Source: the human T2T-CHM13v2.0 reference genome, Homo sapiens. From it: a DNA stretch of 64,000 nucleotides. The stretch lies in assembly GCF_009914755.1 (NCBI RefSeq), contig NC_060925.1. One strand, written 5' to 3'. The position numbers and the translations under genes are program-made. Below the pieces are notes generated by a model, which did not search any database, was not told where the DNA came from, and saw nothing but the letters and a program-made list of their open reading frames with translations. Of this stretch, positions 27,765-40,960 are shown one piece after another; within the stretch, counting starts at the first letter, position 1, and each line of letters begins with the position of its first letter.

Positions 27765-27995
27765 TAAGTAATGGGTCATGAAGTGGATGATCTGGGTTTG
27801 AATCATCGCTTACACTTGTGTAGCTGTGCGAATGTGGACAAATAATATTTTGTGTCTCAAATTTCTTTTCAGCACAATGTGGATGATAATGGTACCTATG
27901 TAATTAGATTATTAGGAAGGGTAAATGAAATAGTGCTGATAAAGTGCCCAGTACAATACCTGGCACATTGGAAAAGTGCTCATAATCGCTAGCTG
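27765..27995 (+). mobile_element. MIR SINE
   Basis: ctgggtttgaatc ... tagctgtgcg ... ggatgataatggtacct ... acaatacctggcacattggaaaagtgctc. Confidence 0.7.
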
Positions 27996-30900
27996 GTTAT
28001 TCCTACCAGAGATAATAGTGACAACCAAAAGCATTCTCTTCTTTCCTGAGGAAGATTCATTTGAAATACATTTTTTGTTGTTGTTAAATATGCTAATTGG
28101 GATTTTGGAGAGCTTTCCCTAGCAAAGCAGGGAATGCTGCAGTGTGATGTTATGGAATGACCATCATTAGACTTGAATAGAAAGACCCAGCAAGGTATTA
28201 GTTCTGTTTCTGTCTTTATTAGACTATAATCTTGAACTCTTCACCCAAGAGGGCTTCACCTCAGTTTCCTAATCTGCAGAACAAAAGGATTGCATGAGAT
28301 TAACTCTATGATCCTTTCCAGCTGCAAAGCCCTGTGATTCTTTGTTTATACTGAATATCTCTGGCTCAGGGAAGAGGCTGAGTCCGGACTCAGGTCCAAA
28401 TGAAGGCTTGGCATATTGGTCAGTAGTTGGAAGGCCTGAGTTGTTGCCATTCTTGCCTTTGATCACTCACATTTGTTTCAGCAAACCGAACAGGTGAAGT
28501 CAGGGCTCTATCAGCTTGGACTTCCACATTCTTGCCTGAGCAGGTGGCCTTACAGCAACAGGCTTCCCAGGCAGACAGTTAAATGTTGGCAACTTATTCC
28601 ACACAGAGACGCCAGAGGCCTGGGTGGTTCTTATTACTGCTGCCTAGTCTCTCTTGTTTCCTAGTTCTTGGGGAGGCCAAAATATTAAAAAGTGAATTCA
28701 GACATCTAATTAGACTCCAAAGCTGTGCTCTTGGGCAATCTGCTCTGCTGCATTAGTAATACTGAATCTTTATTATAAAAACTCTGGCAATTAGTCAATG
28801 GAGATGAATTAGTTGATGAGTAATTATCTATGTGAAAATTAGTCTATATGCAATAACAACTTCTTATAAAACAGAAATAAGACAGCATATGGGTAGGTTG
28901 GAACAGACATACAGACCATGAGGCCTTAGAGTCATTTGTGGCTAAAAAGTCCTCCACTCTTGGGGTCAAATGGCTGCTCTGTTACTGTTGGTCTGCTCTG
29001 ATACTTGGCCATCCTCTCTCTCCCTCCCTCACAAAGAAGTCGTGGCCACACTTGGATATGTGGTGAAGGAACTAGCAATTGCTGGCTTTAATTTTAGGGC
29101 ATAGAGGTTACTGGAGAGGAAAGCTATGCAGGTGACACAGATTTGTGCCACCCTGAATTCCCTCCCCAGGTAACTCCAGGAAATCTTGTCTACGTTTCCT
29201 CCAAGAAGGAAGTATGACAACTAGGCCACCCTGGCACTGTCACAGATGGATAGCACCAGAAGGGTCAAAGTGGACTGTGAGGATATTAGGGCTGATTTGT
29301 AACAGGTTCCCGTGTCACTAGAGCTCTTACGTGATCCCTTATAGGCACCCATAGAAGACTCAAACAGCACTGTGTACATTGGCTTTGGGGATCATGGGGC
29401 TAAAGGGTCTGAGGGGATGCAGTCTTCTTGTAATGCTGGATGGGAAAACACTTCCCATGAAGATATCATAGTTATTGTTTGCTCCTTAAATCTTAAGAGA
29501 TACAAAAGAGTTTTCAGGTGGCTGCCCTAAAGAAATTGGCCAGTGGTTGCTCCCAGAGCATAAGAATAGATGGCTTCTCAGCGTGCTCATATATGCAACC
29601 CAGATGTTTGCTATGATTATTTGCCTTTTAAGGTTCAGATTTGACTCAACTGAAAATAATTTTACTTGGAAGCTCAATGCCTTTTCTTAGATTTCTGCAG
29701 TTTCACAAAGGGGCTTATGTTTCATAATTATCGTTAGTTCTGAGCCTCTGTGGCCATTGAATAGTTTAGCTTCTAGACCATTTTTTTTTTGTGTGTGTGT
29801 GTATAATTGTTGTTCTGCACTGGTCAGTGTGGCTAGGAAACTCAGCCCTGGTGTTTGATTACACGCACACACATACACACACACATACACACGTGTCATT
29901 TTTGTTGTGGGTCTAGCAGACTTTACCAAAGGACTGAAGGTTGGAAGAAAAGGCAAAGAAGTGTGGCATTTACTTCAAGCAATCAAGCAACTTAAAAATT
30001 TCAAATTTATTATGAAATACTTTTGTTAATAAAGGACCTTTGGATAGTCTACTCTGTTACTTGGCCATCCTCTTCCTCTCCTTCCTGCTTATTTTTTGGC
30101 TTGTTTACTCGATCTACTCATATACTTGGGGTTTCACCTTCCTCCCCAGTGATTCCCTAAAGATGGCTCAATCTCTAAGGAGATTCTGATGCCAGATGTT
30201 CACATAATACCTTCCTGCACATGCTACATATGTAGCATTGAGAGGAGTCTTAGGGCAGAGCTAATTTCTGATCTATGTTTATGTCTCAGCTGTGAAACAG
30301 TGGTCAGTCAAGCTGTACATGCTTCAGTCTGTTTCATCTCCAGGCCATTTTGTTTTATCCTTTCAAGAAACTGATTACCTTGTACAGACCATGTACCTTT
30401 ATCACTGGAGTGAGTTACTTCAGGAATCTCACTAAATTCTTAGTCAATGATTGCTTACTCCTCTCTGATGTGTTAACTGGTGGCCCTTCTGGAATTCTGC
30501 CTTCTATCTATTCCCAAGACTGGGGCTCAGTAGTCACTTCCCCTTTGCTTTCTTCTTTGCGTCACTGAGAGAGAGCCCACACTGACCCCTTACTCTGGAA
30601 TCTTCCTTCCTCTGGGCTCTATGCTAGCAAAGCCATTTGAAGATGTGTGTGCCCATAGTCTCAGGTGGATAGATGTATGTCTGAAGACTCTCAAGTCAGC
30701 CAATTGCCATTTTCCTAGGTCTCTCTTCCTCAGAGAAGTGCTCTTGAATGGTATTTTTTTCCATAGAAACTTCCTTTTAAGTCACCAATTAGTAGAAACT
30801 TGTTTAGAATCCACTACATTTTTGTGATCATGTATTAGTGCTGTGAATCATTATATTCTGCCCAATATTGAAGTTTTCATCATATTTTCATTCCTACTTT

Positions 30901-33900
30901 ATATCTGATCTAATCAGGAACATATTGTGTTGGGTGAGTATAATTTAAATGCTCATTTCTGCTATGTGATACTTAGCCCCAAGCTTTTCTTTGGTCTTTG
31001 AAGGGCAATCTCATTCGTTTTACATTGCTCAGAACCCAGAATAGGCTGACTTGAATGCTTAAAATAGCCCAATGTCCCCATAAGCAGTGTGTAGTGGAGT
31101 CAAGTCACTGCAGGGGAAAGTCCACATCTCGGGTGTTATTGTGGTCAGAAGAAAGGTAAATGCCACAACTCCTTTCAGAGCTGCTCCTGAACGTCAGAGG
31201 GCTGCACCGTCTCTGCAGAGTTTGTGAGAGAGCTGGGCTGAATGACAGGGCCTGCTGTGTGACCTTACATGGCCTGCTGAGTCCTGGTTCCCAGGTCTGC
31301 CTTCCATCTTGCTGATGCAGAAAGAGACACATTTCCAAAATCTGTAATGAGACAGAACTGGGGTGGGAGTGCTCAGGAAATAACCCCTGATAGAGCCCAG
31401 AGGGAGAAACCACTGCAATCGAATGAAAGGACACTTCTTTCATGAGGCATCTGCATAGGGTTGAGAACAGGACTAAGGCATGTTGTGGGTGGCTAAAAAG
31501 CGGATGGGGTGAAAGTCCAAACTCACTGTCAAGAAGGTGATGTGTGAAGTGTGGGGGCTGAGGCTGAGGAAATGGGAGGACAGAGATCTGGGCTGGCAGA
31601 ACCGAAGGAGGAGTGTTATCTGGGGGTAAGGGATGACTTGCTGGGGAGGAAGGTGACTTTCCATCTCTTCGCAGTGGTGCTGGGTGGTGGGAAGAGAGGA
31701 GGAAGCTGGGCTGGATGACGTAGTTTGAGCTGGGTGAGGAGCACATCATGACTTGTTATTATTTGTTGAAGATGTCTGATGCACGGCAAGATCATGGAGG
31801 AACCGCACATGTGGGATTGACTGACGTAACCAGCTGAATATACTCATCTGACCTGGAGAACCCTATAGGGGGAGAGTTAAATGTATTGACTTTCGCTCTA
31901 GACTTTAGTTCTGATGAACACAAAGTCATATGATTATTTAGATCCCAGCCTCACTGTTACTTCTTCAAGGGACTTTCCCTGATGCCTCACATTAAATTAA
32001 GTATCACAGACATATCCACACTATTAACAGCTGCAATTTTCCTTATTAGCACTTATTGGTATAATTAATCGATTCTACGTTCATCTGTTTAATGTCTTTC
32101 ACCCTCTAGACCATTATGTTTCACAAATGCAGGAAGTGTTTGTGTCTCATTTATCATTGCATTTCAAAACCCAGCATGGTTTAATAATTTTTTGTTGAAT
32201 GCATGAATACACACAAAAAAATGTTCACTGAGCACCAACTGTGTGCCAACTCTGAGGTGACTGCTTTGAGGAGATGGCATGAGAAGTCGGTGACAGACCT
32301 TCTTCACTGCATGGCTTGCAGGGCTGTGGTAGAGTCACACACACAACAACACAAGGCAAAGCACAGAACCAGCCATCAGAGAGGAGCAAAGGGGCTCACA
32401 GAGAAGACGGCAACTAGTAATGCCCTGTTTATAATTACCAGTTGCAAAGACTGTGAATGAAATAATCAATGAATCCTCACAATGAGACTGTGGGGAATGC
32501 AGGGTGGACATTATTATTTCTTTTTCACAGAGTGGAAATCAAGGATCAGAGGTGGTCTGAGATTTGCCCAGAGTGGTGGTGTTAAGTTTTTCCCTAGTAC
32601 ACCAATTTCTCATTCTTTTTGAAACAGATCTTGAAGATTGAGAATTCTTTTTTGTTGTCTTATACTGTGAGAGAAGATTGACAATCAGAAATTGACGGAA
32701 GGAATGGAGACAAAGCATTCAAGAAGGAGGGAACAATATTAGAAAAATCACAGATGTTGAACATTCTAGGATCTGGGAATCAAAGCTTCGAGTTCATTAG
32801 GGCTAGAGGAAATTTAGATCATTTAATCCAAGTCCTTTATTTTATAGATGCAGAAACAGACCCAGAGAGATGAAGTTACCCTGTCCACAGGCTCAGGGCT
32901 GGTTAATGTTAGAGGGATTAGCTGGGAGCAGGCCTTTGCTCATATCTACTTCACAGCATTCCTATAGCATCCTATGAAGTGGATTCTGGAATTGTCTCTA
33001 GTAGAGGAAATTGAGCCTTAGGAGATTAGGAAATTTAAATTTGCTGTGCTACTGACCAGGAAATCTAGGATTTAATCCTGTGTCTTAAATGATCCAAAGC
33101 CTGAGCTCTTCATTATGGTCTTCTCAAGTCTTTAGAAATAGTTTTGGAGGCTGTTGCTGGGACTCAGGGAAAGCATCACAGTGAGACGCTAACAGCAGGG
33201 TTGGAACTGGTGTCTACAGAGTTGAAAGGCAGGGCAGCTCTTTTCTACTACATTAAAGACTTAGTGTAATTTTAAGGATGTGGAGAAGGCTCTCCTTCCT
33301 AATAATAACTCTGTGTCATCATTCTGCTGATATCAGGAACTCTATTAACCTAAAGGATTTTTATTTCATGAGAGAATACTTAAACATAATTCCAAGTAAA
33401 GCCAATTCACTAGGTTGTGGATTTATTGGGGCTAACGGCAAACCCAAGGTGAGTTTTGAGCACACTGAGTTTGAGGTAAATAACGTGAAATAAAGTTAGC
33501 ACTTATTAGTGATAATCATATCACTGAACTTGCATCTTGTGCTGCCCCAGCACCAAGCCCAGGGCATACAGGTTACCTTGTGTGACCTTTCAACCCCCAT
33601 GTGGAGGACATTCTGCTTTCACTCCATTTTACAGATGAGGAAGGGGAGGCACAGAGAGGTGAGGACATTTGCGGAGAGTTACAAAGCCAGCAAATGGTGG
33701 ATCCAAGATGTGAACTCAGGTAGGCCGTCCACTCTTTTAACTACCCCATGGGTCCAGAGCTCAGGATGAGTCATGGAAAGTTTTAATATGGTTGATCATC
33801 AGAGACATTACTAAGAAATGGAAATAGCCTATTAGGTTAGCAAGTTTTTGATATTACTCTGCTTCTACACCTGCCATGGGAAACTGTGGCATTGTTTGTT

Positions 33901-35389
33901 TTCAGGGAATTTTTCTGGTCTAGTTTAAGAAACTTAGAAAAGTGTGAGAAATCTTGCCACCGTATCTTAGACACCTGCTAAACCTCACATCACTTATCCT
34001 CAGGTTCAACCTGTCTTCCGGCTGTTACTTCTGTTAAATATTGCCTCCTGTCAGATACTCCATTGACAGAGTCGCAGATTTCTGGTATTCAGTTCCAATG
34101 ATCCATCTGAAGGCTCCTGTGCTGTTTGCTGATGTCACCTGATGGACTGGCATTTTACTAAAGTGCACACAGGCCCTTTGATGTTTCAGCATCATTTAGC
34201 AGTCATTTCCTATGTCCAAAAGGTTTCTGGGGAAACCTGAAAGGGAGGGATTGGGGGAGGGCAAGTGTCAAGAAAGGTTAAATGTCAAGGAGGAAACTAA
34301 AGATCACTGACACGGGAGTTAAGGCATCGGATAAGGGCTCCCAGCACCCTCCAAGGTTCTTGTGCTGCCTCGGGCTTTGAGGTGTCATAGAAAGTCCATG
34401 ACGTTTTGCATGCCAGCAGTGTCCACTGAGCCTGAGGTGGAGTACTGGCTTTGACAGGCTGGACTGCTGAGGTGGGTCTGGCTTCAGTCAAAAATAGATG
34501 CGTTTTGTGATAGCTGTTGCGAGCAGACGGTGCTGCACTTACTTATGTTAAAAATAAAAGTGCTGCCAAATGCTAAGGGACTTCAAAGTCACAAAGAAGT
34601 GTACTTGGGGGAATCTGCCACTTCCTGTCGTGCATATGAGAGTTTAGAGAGAGACTGACCGCAGCGTGTGCAGCATGGAAGCCAATTTGATGTTCGTAAT
34701 GTACAGGGAGAGTGGAGAGCATTGTAGCGTCCACTCCCTGATGCGACGGAGGGCTGGATACAGATTTATTCGCCTCAGAACTCTGATGTTTGTGCAGGGC
34801 ACTTCCAGCACACCATGTAACCAAATCCTATCCATTTACAAAACAAACAAACAAACAAACAAAAATCAATTTACTGCCTCCTTGCTTTCTATTTCCCTCA
34901 CTGCCTGTGGTCTCCTGAAGGCCAGGGCCTGTGTCTCACTCAGAATCTCCAGGGCATAGCACAGCGCGCCAGAGAATTCTCTTTTGAATAAAGAAGTCTC
35001 CGTCTAGAGCACTGTGTCCATCCCCTTCTTGCCTCATCAAGGATACCACTCCTTATTGTTTCTTCTCTTTTTGTGGCAGATAAATGATCCCGTTTCCACA
35101 AAGTTTGTCTTCAGTGGCCACTGCACATTCTACCCCAATGCCTTCCACTGTCCTACCATGCCCTGATGAGAGGGACTGCAGGGGGAGTCTTCTCCCTGCC
35201 ACCTCTCTGTCCCTGGTGTGATGGGCAGGTGAACCTCATTGCCAGTGACTCTGTTGGTGTTATGGGTAGATGGGGGCACTTGTCCCAAAGGAGTCAAAAA
35301 AGTCGGAGTGGAAACAATGACTCAGCTTGTCTTGTTCCGAGTCCGTGATAAAGAAGTCTGCTTTCTATTTGGCTGGATCTTTGACTTGG

Positions 35390-36805
35390 CTTCCTAGAGT
35401 CATCAAGAGAATACAAACAATCAGAAGAGAACTTCCACCTGCTTCCGTCCCCACTTCTCTCAATCTACTTTTCCTCCAACGAATGAAACATCTCTGTTCC
35501 TACCCAAGCCAAACCTTCCTCCAGGGCCCTGGACCCCATGTCCTCCTACCCATCAAGGGCATCACTCCAGCTTTGTTTCTGCTCTCTGGCATCTCTCCCA
35601 CCCCTGGATTTTCCAATCAGCATATAAATATGCAATGTTGTCCCATCTAAAATTAAATCTGTCTTGAATGTACATGTTCCTTGATCTATTAGCCTATTTC
35701 TCTGCTCCCCTTTTGAGCCATAAGCTGAACTCCTCAAAAGGGTTATCAGTACTAGCTGTCTCCACTTCCTTTTCTTTTGAACACATTACAGTCAAGTTTC
35801 TTTTTCCTTTTTTTTTAAGTTTCTTTTCTTTCATCACTGAAAAACCAAAACAAAACAGAAATCCCAGCTGCTTTTGTCAAGGTCACCAGTGATTAGGATG
35901 GTGATTTGTCTTACTCTATTCGGATCAGTTCTGGCTTTACGCATGTTGTCCTGTCATGTTTTAATTATCAAGAGCTTCTTTCTTCACTCTGAAAAGTGTT
36001 CTGATTTAGGCAACAGATTATTATATGGCCACTTATATCTCAGTAAATGACAACTCCTTTTTTTTCACTTTCTCGGGCCCAAGTCCTGGAACCATCTTTG
36101 CCTCCTCTCTTTCTCTCACAGACCCATATAATTCATTAGCAAATATGACATCTTTAAATTCAAAATATATCCACAATAGCATTATTTTTTTCCATCTTCT
36201 CCAATATTCCTGTAGTCCAGGCTACTGTCATTTTTACCTACTTTTTTAGTCACCTGCTAACTGGTCTTTCTGCCTCCACCTTGCCCCTCACTCCACCTAG
36301 AGTCTGTTGGTTACACAATAGCCAGGATGATTCTTGAGGCTCTCCCTGACCTGGCCTGGTCATCTACCTCTCTGCCCTCTACGACTCACCTTCTCAACTC
36401 CAGCCACACCAGCCTCTTTGTTCTTCAAGCACACCAAGAATATTCCTATTTCATCTCAGTATCTTTGCATTTGCTGTTCCCTCTTCTGAAATTCTCTTCT
36501 GGGTTTCCCTGTGTCTCACTTCATCATGTCTGTTCAAATTTCAGCTTATCACCTTTCCAGACAGCCCTCTTTCTATACAGTAAGACCACTACCACCATTA
36601 CCTCCTCACAAACACTCTCTGTTTCCCCTTATCCCTCTTAATTTTTCTCTGTTATAGTTAACAACCCATGACATATTCTTTCTGTCTCTTCTGCTATAAG
36701 ATAAGCTCATGAAGACAGGGACTTTATTTTGTTCTAGGCTTTATCCCTAGCACCTAAAACAGTTCATGGCATGTAATAGGCACGTGATAAATATTTGTTA
36801 AGTGA
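35390..36805 (+). mobile_element. L2 LINE fragments (internally deleted) ending in an L2 3' end
   Basis: Pyrimidine-rich L2 ORF2-like sequence (ctgcttttgtcaaggtcaccagtg; ctcagtaaatgacaactcc) and terminus cctagcacctaaaacag ... gataaatatttgttaagtgaa. Confidence 0.7.
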
Positions 36806-38344
36806 AAGAATGTACAAATAGATTTCTAGCCTTAAAAATGAGATCAATGACACATTTTTCAAAAACTTAAAAGTTGGTATCCATTGTGTACTGCAAGAGA
36901 TACACATAAGATATGAAAAAAACCCAAAACTACAAAGGCTGTTTGTTTTCCAGCTTTTTTGAGAATAATTTGACACACTTACTTATGTTATTTGTATATA
37001 TTCATGGGGTACAAGTGCCATTTTGCTACACTGATAGATTGCATTGTAGTAAAGTACATTAATCACTGGAGGAACTAAAAGGTCTTTTTGATATAAAAAG
37101 GTGACAACCAAAATGTCCCCAAACAGAGAATTTTATTTAAATTATATTATACCCATATGGAGAATATTATATAACCATAGGAATGATCAATAAATAATGG
37201 CAAGTGCTTATAATATGATGCTAACACAAAAATGAAAAAAGAAAACTAACTGTAGAGTCTCAAATATGTAAACATATGAATGTGTCCTTGGGAAGAAAAA
37301 CCATGGAAGAAAATGCTCCAAAACATGAATAGTGGTAATTTCTAGATGGTAGAACTACAGGAAATTTAAATAGTCTTTATTTTTTTCTACCTTTTCCAAA
37401 ATTTTCATCACACATATATTTTGTTTTACCATCAGAAACAATAACTTATTATATATTTGGAAAGTGATGGCATTCTAAATTCACTGAGATAAGATGTTTT
37501 CTTTGAGTTTTTACAAGTGTGGTAAAGATTTTGATAGGTCCACACATTCTCTCCTGAATCTATTAAGGCTAACACTGTTCATTTGGAAGTCAGCTGGCTG
37601 AGTTGGTAGCCCATGACCTAGGAAAACACAGGTTCAAAATTCTTGGTAGCAATATTATCTTTACTCATTAAAACAAGCTTGTTGGGGTTAGTAGTTGTTA
37701 ACACTGGGTTGCCATTATATAATGAATAGGGGGTTGTTAACATAATAATATTTAATTCAGTAGATCTCTGAGTAATACAGAGTACACAAGTAACTATTAT
37801 TAATCTTATTTTGTGAGGCTTTATTTTAATCTTTCATTAAACTTCTTCTCTTCTTTGTGCAAAGAAGGTGACAACATTCTTCTTTTAATTATTAGAGATA
37901 ATAGTTTAAGTCTAAATGCTTGTGAGAGTGCTAAAAGTATTTTATGAAGTTTTAATTTATTGCAGAGGAAGGGTTGGCCAAACATAACATAGGTCCACTA
38001 TTCAAAAAATCTGAAAGTCAAAAATCAAATTAACTGTTAAGATCCATGGAGTCAAATTTAAAATTTCTGTTCTTATTCTTCTTTGCCATCTGACTCTCGT
38101 GATAGAAATATGGAGACTAAACTCATGAGAATCTCAGGTAAAGATATCATGAATATGCATGTGCTCATTTCCCTCCTCCTTTGAATAGCTGTCTAAGCTG
38201 GGACCCAAGTTTAAAAGGGTCATCCATTAAAAATTTATATTTTGGGGTGAGAAGGATTTGACAGAGTAATAGTGAGAATAGGCAGCATTGTGCTGCCGTT
38301 AGCCAGCTTGGGAACTAGCTTGTAAATTGTGGAGTCTCATCTTT

Positions 38345-38840
38345 GTCACCGATCATTAGAAAAAAATCTTAACAATAAGAGTACAATTTAAAGAATAACA
38401 AAATGAACAACTGTGTATGTAGCCACCATGTAGGTTAACAAAGAGACTACAATAAGTAAAATGTTCTCGTGAGTGTCTCCCCAGTCTTACTATCCCTCAC
38501 CCCTGAGATAACCACCTTTCTGAATTTTGTGTTAATCACTCTTTTGCTTCGATTTATAGTGCAATTACATACATATTTCTACACAATATGTTGTTGATAT
38601 TTTGCATATTTTGAGCTTTACATAAGTGGAATTATACTGGATATATTTTGCTAATGTACGTTTCTTATAATATTAATTGAGATTTTTTTCAAATCAATCC
38701 ATGCATCTGGAGTTTATTCTTTTTGCACAATATTCCATTGTGTGGACATACCACAATTTATTAATCTATTCTACTTCTGATGGACATATGGGTTATATTC
38801 AGTCATTGCTATTACAAAGGCTGCTATAAATATTCTTTTA
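38345..38840 (-). mobile_element. old L1M 3'UTR fragment
   Basis: tattccattgtgtggacataccacaatttattaatctattctacttctgatggacatatggg is typical antisense L1M 3'UTR. Confidence 0.65.
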
Positions 38841-40039
38841 AAAAATATGTGAAGGTAGGTATCTATGTAGAATGAGAAAATAAATCACAATAGATTATGG
38901 GGGCGTCTCCCCTCTGAGGCAGTTTTCCAGGCAATTTACCAGGGGTCTTCTCTAGAAATGCTTTCTACTTGTAATGTGCCTTCCCATCTCCATATAGAAT
39001 ATTCTACAACTCTCAGCAAAAACTCTTGGCCCATTAAATGGGCCACTGCAAGAAAAAGCCTGAAGCTTAAGCTTCATGAGTTTTTGGTACATCCTCTTTG
39101 GCTGGGCTCCCATCTGGGTTTAGAATTGTGGGCAGAGTCGGATGTTGGATGGGCCAGACTCTCTTTCAGTGAGTGGAATGGTCCAGTCACAGGTAAGAGC
39201 CTGATGGGAGAGAGCTAGGTCTTGCTGAGTCCCTATCATGTGCCTGGCACTGTGCATGGCATATTCTAGGTACTTCTTTCCCCTTCCTCTGTTAGCTCCA
39301 CTTCATTTGTGGAAATATGTAAGACTCAGAGAGGTGAAGAATCAACCTGGATATGTCTGATTCTGTCTTTTTCTCACTTGGTGCTGCTAACGCCTTCCTA
39401 CTGGAAAAGTTTTCATCTTGGTGGAAGGAGATTTACCTGTTCTTGAGGACACATTGGGCTCAGAAAGCAACTTGTGTATCCATCCAATGTAGGAGTAAAA
39501 CAGCATACACACACTCATGTTGAGCCATCTACGTATGCGTTCCTGGCTTGAGGAAGGAGTTTTTAAAAATCAGAAGGAAATGATTCTTATTTGTGGTCAA
39601 ATGCAAGTGGTGTTGAGGCTTCACTGATGAGAAAATTACCACTGACATCAGTGGGGAGCTCTACTTTCATTCCAAAGAAGTCTGGTGTGTTGGTTTTTTT
39701 TTTTTTTTTTTCTCAGAGCTACTTCTAACTCTTCTTAAACTTATGAACAAATTTTACTGTTTGGGCCGCATTTTTTCCATTTATAATCCAACAGTTCTCA
39801 GTCCTCTAGGGTCATTATGATGATTAATGTGAAAAGAGTTTAGCCTTTAATAGGCCTATTTGGATACAGATCACATACAGCTATGAAAAGCATTGGTATT
39901 AGTTTTATTGGTATTGAGAAAAACATTTGCAAATAACAGTAATTTAGTTCCAAAAAATTGATCTCCCTTTGATGGAAGTGAAAAATGTATTATTTTTCCT
40001 TTTTATTATGAATATTATATAAAGAGTTTATGTTCATTA

Positions 40040-40960
40040 TGAGCATTCTTAATATATCTCCTAGAACACATGTTCAAGAGCTTCTCTAGGTATAAACCTG
40101 GGAGAAAAATTCTGAGTCACTGGATATGTGCATGTTTAGCTTTCCCGAGGGTGTGCCAAACTGCTTTCCAAAGTATTTATACAAATTTATAAACCTAGAA
40201 GCAGGGAATGAGAATTCTCCTTTCCTCTACATATTTGTCAACACTTGTTATTGTTTTACTTTCTTATTTTTAGTAATCTGGAAGGAGAGACTTGGCATTT
40301 CATTTAGTTTTATTCTTCTCCTAATTACTAATGAGGTTAAAGTTAAGCACGTTTTCATTTAATTTATGGGTTCTTTGTGTTTCCTCTTCTATGAAACACC
40401 TGTTCATAGATTTTGCCCATTTTCAAGATTTTTTTGGTCTTTTTTTTAAAAAAACTAATTGTAGGAAGTATTTTTTTCTGGATATAAATTTTTTTTTCTC
40501 ATATGTGTAGCAAATATTTCTTCCTAATGGTGTCTTGTATTTTGCCCTGTTTATACATCTTTAAATGAGCAGAAGTTGTTAATTTAAATGTCATTAAATT
40601 TATCAATCTTTTTCTTTAGGGTTTTAGTTTTTGTGTGTTTGTTAGTCATAAAGATCTTCCATATTTTCTTCTACAAGTCTTTTATTTTTTTCCCCCACAT
40701 TTCTTCATTGTTGTGAGATAGGGACCTTATTTCATTTCCCTCTGTGTGGTTGAACACTAGATCCAGAAGCACTTATTTAATTGTCTGTTCTTTCTCCACT
40801 GATCTACAATGCCTGGCCAGTTATAGATTAAGTGGGTCTGTGTCCACACTCTTTCTCTGCTCCATGGGTCAGTTTGCCTATTCCTTCCTGATAGCACACT
40901 GTCTTAATTACCTGCCTTTAAACCAAGTGTTAATCTCTACCTATCTTCTAGGGTATGACC
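40040..40960 (-). mobile_element. old L1M fragment
   Basis: gccaaactgctttccaaag ... ctaattactaatgaggtt ... ttttgcccatttt ... gcaaatatttcttcc antisense L1M motifs. Confidence 0.65.

Noticed and set aside
29120-29150. SYAGDTDL resembling an RT YADD motif
   Set aside because: Only eight codons with no supporting flanking motifs; chance cannot be excluded without a profile search.
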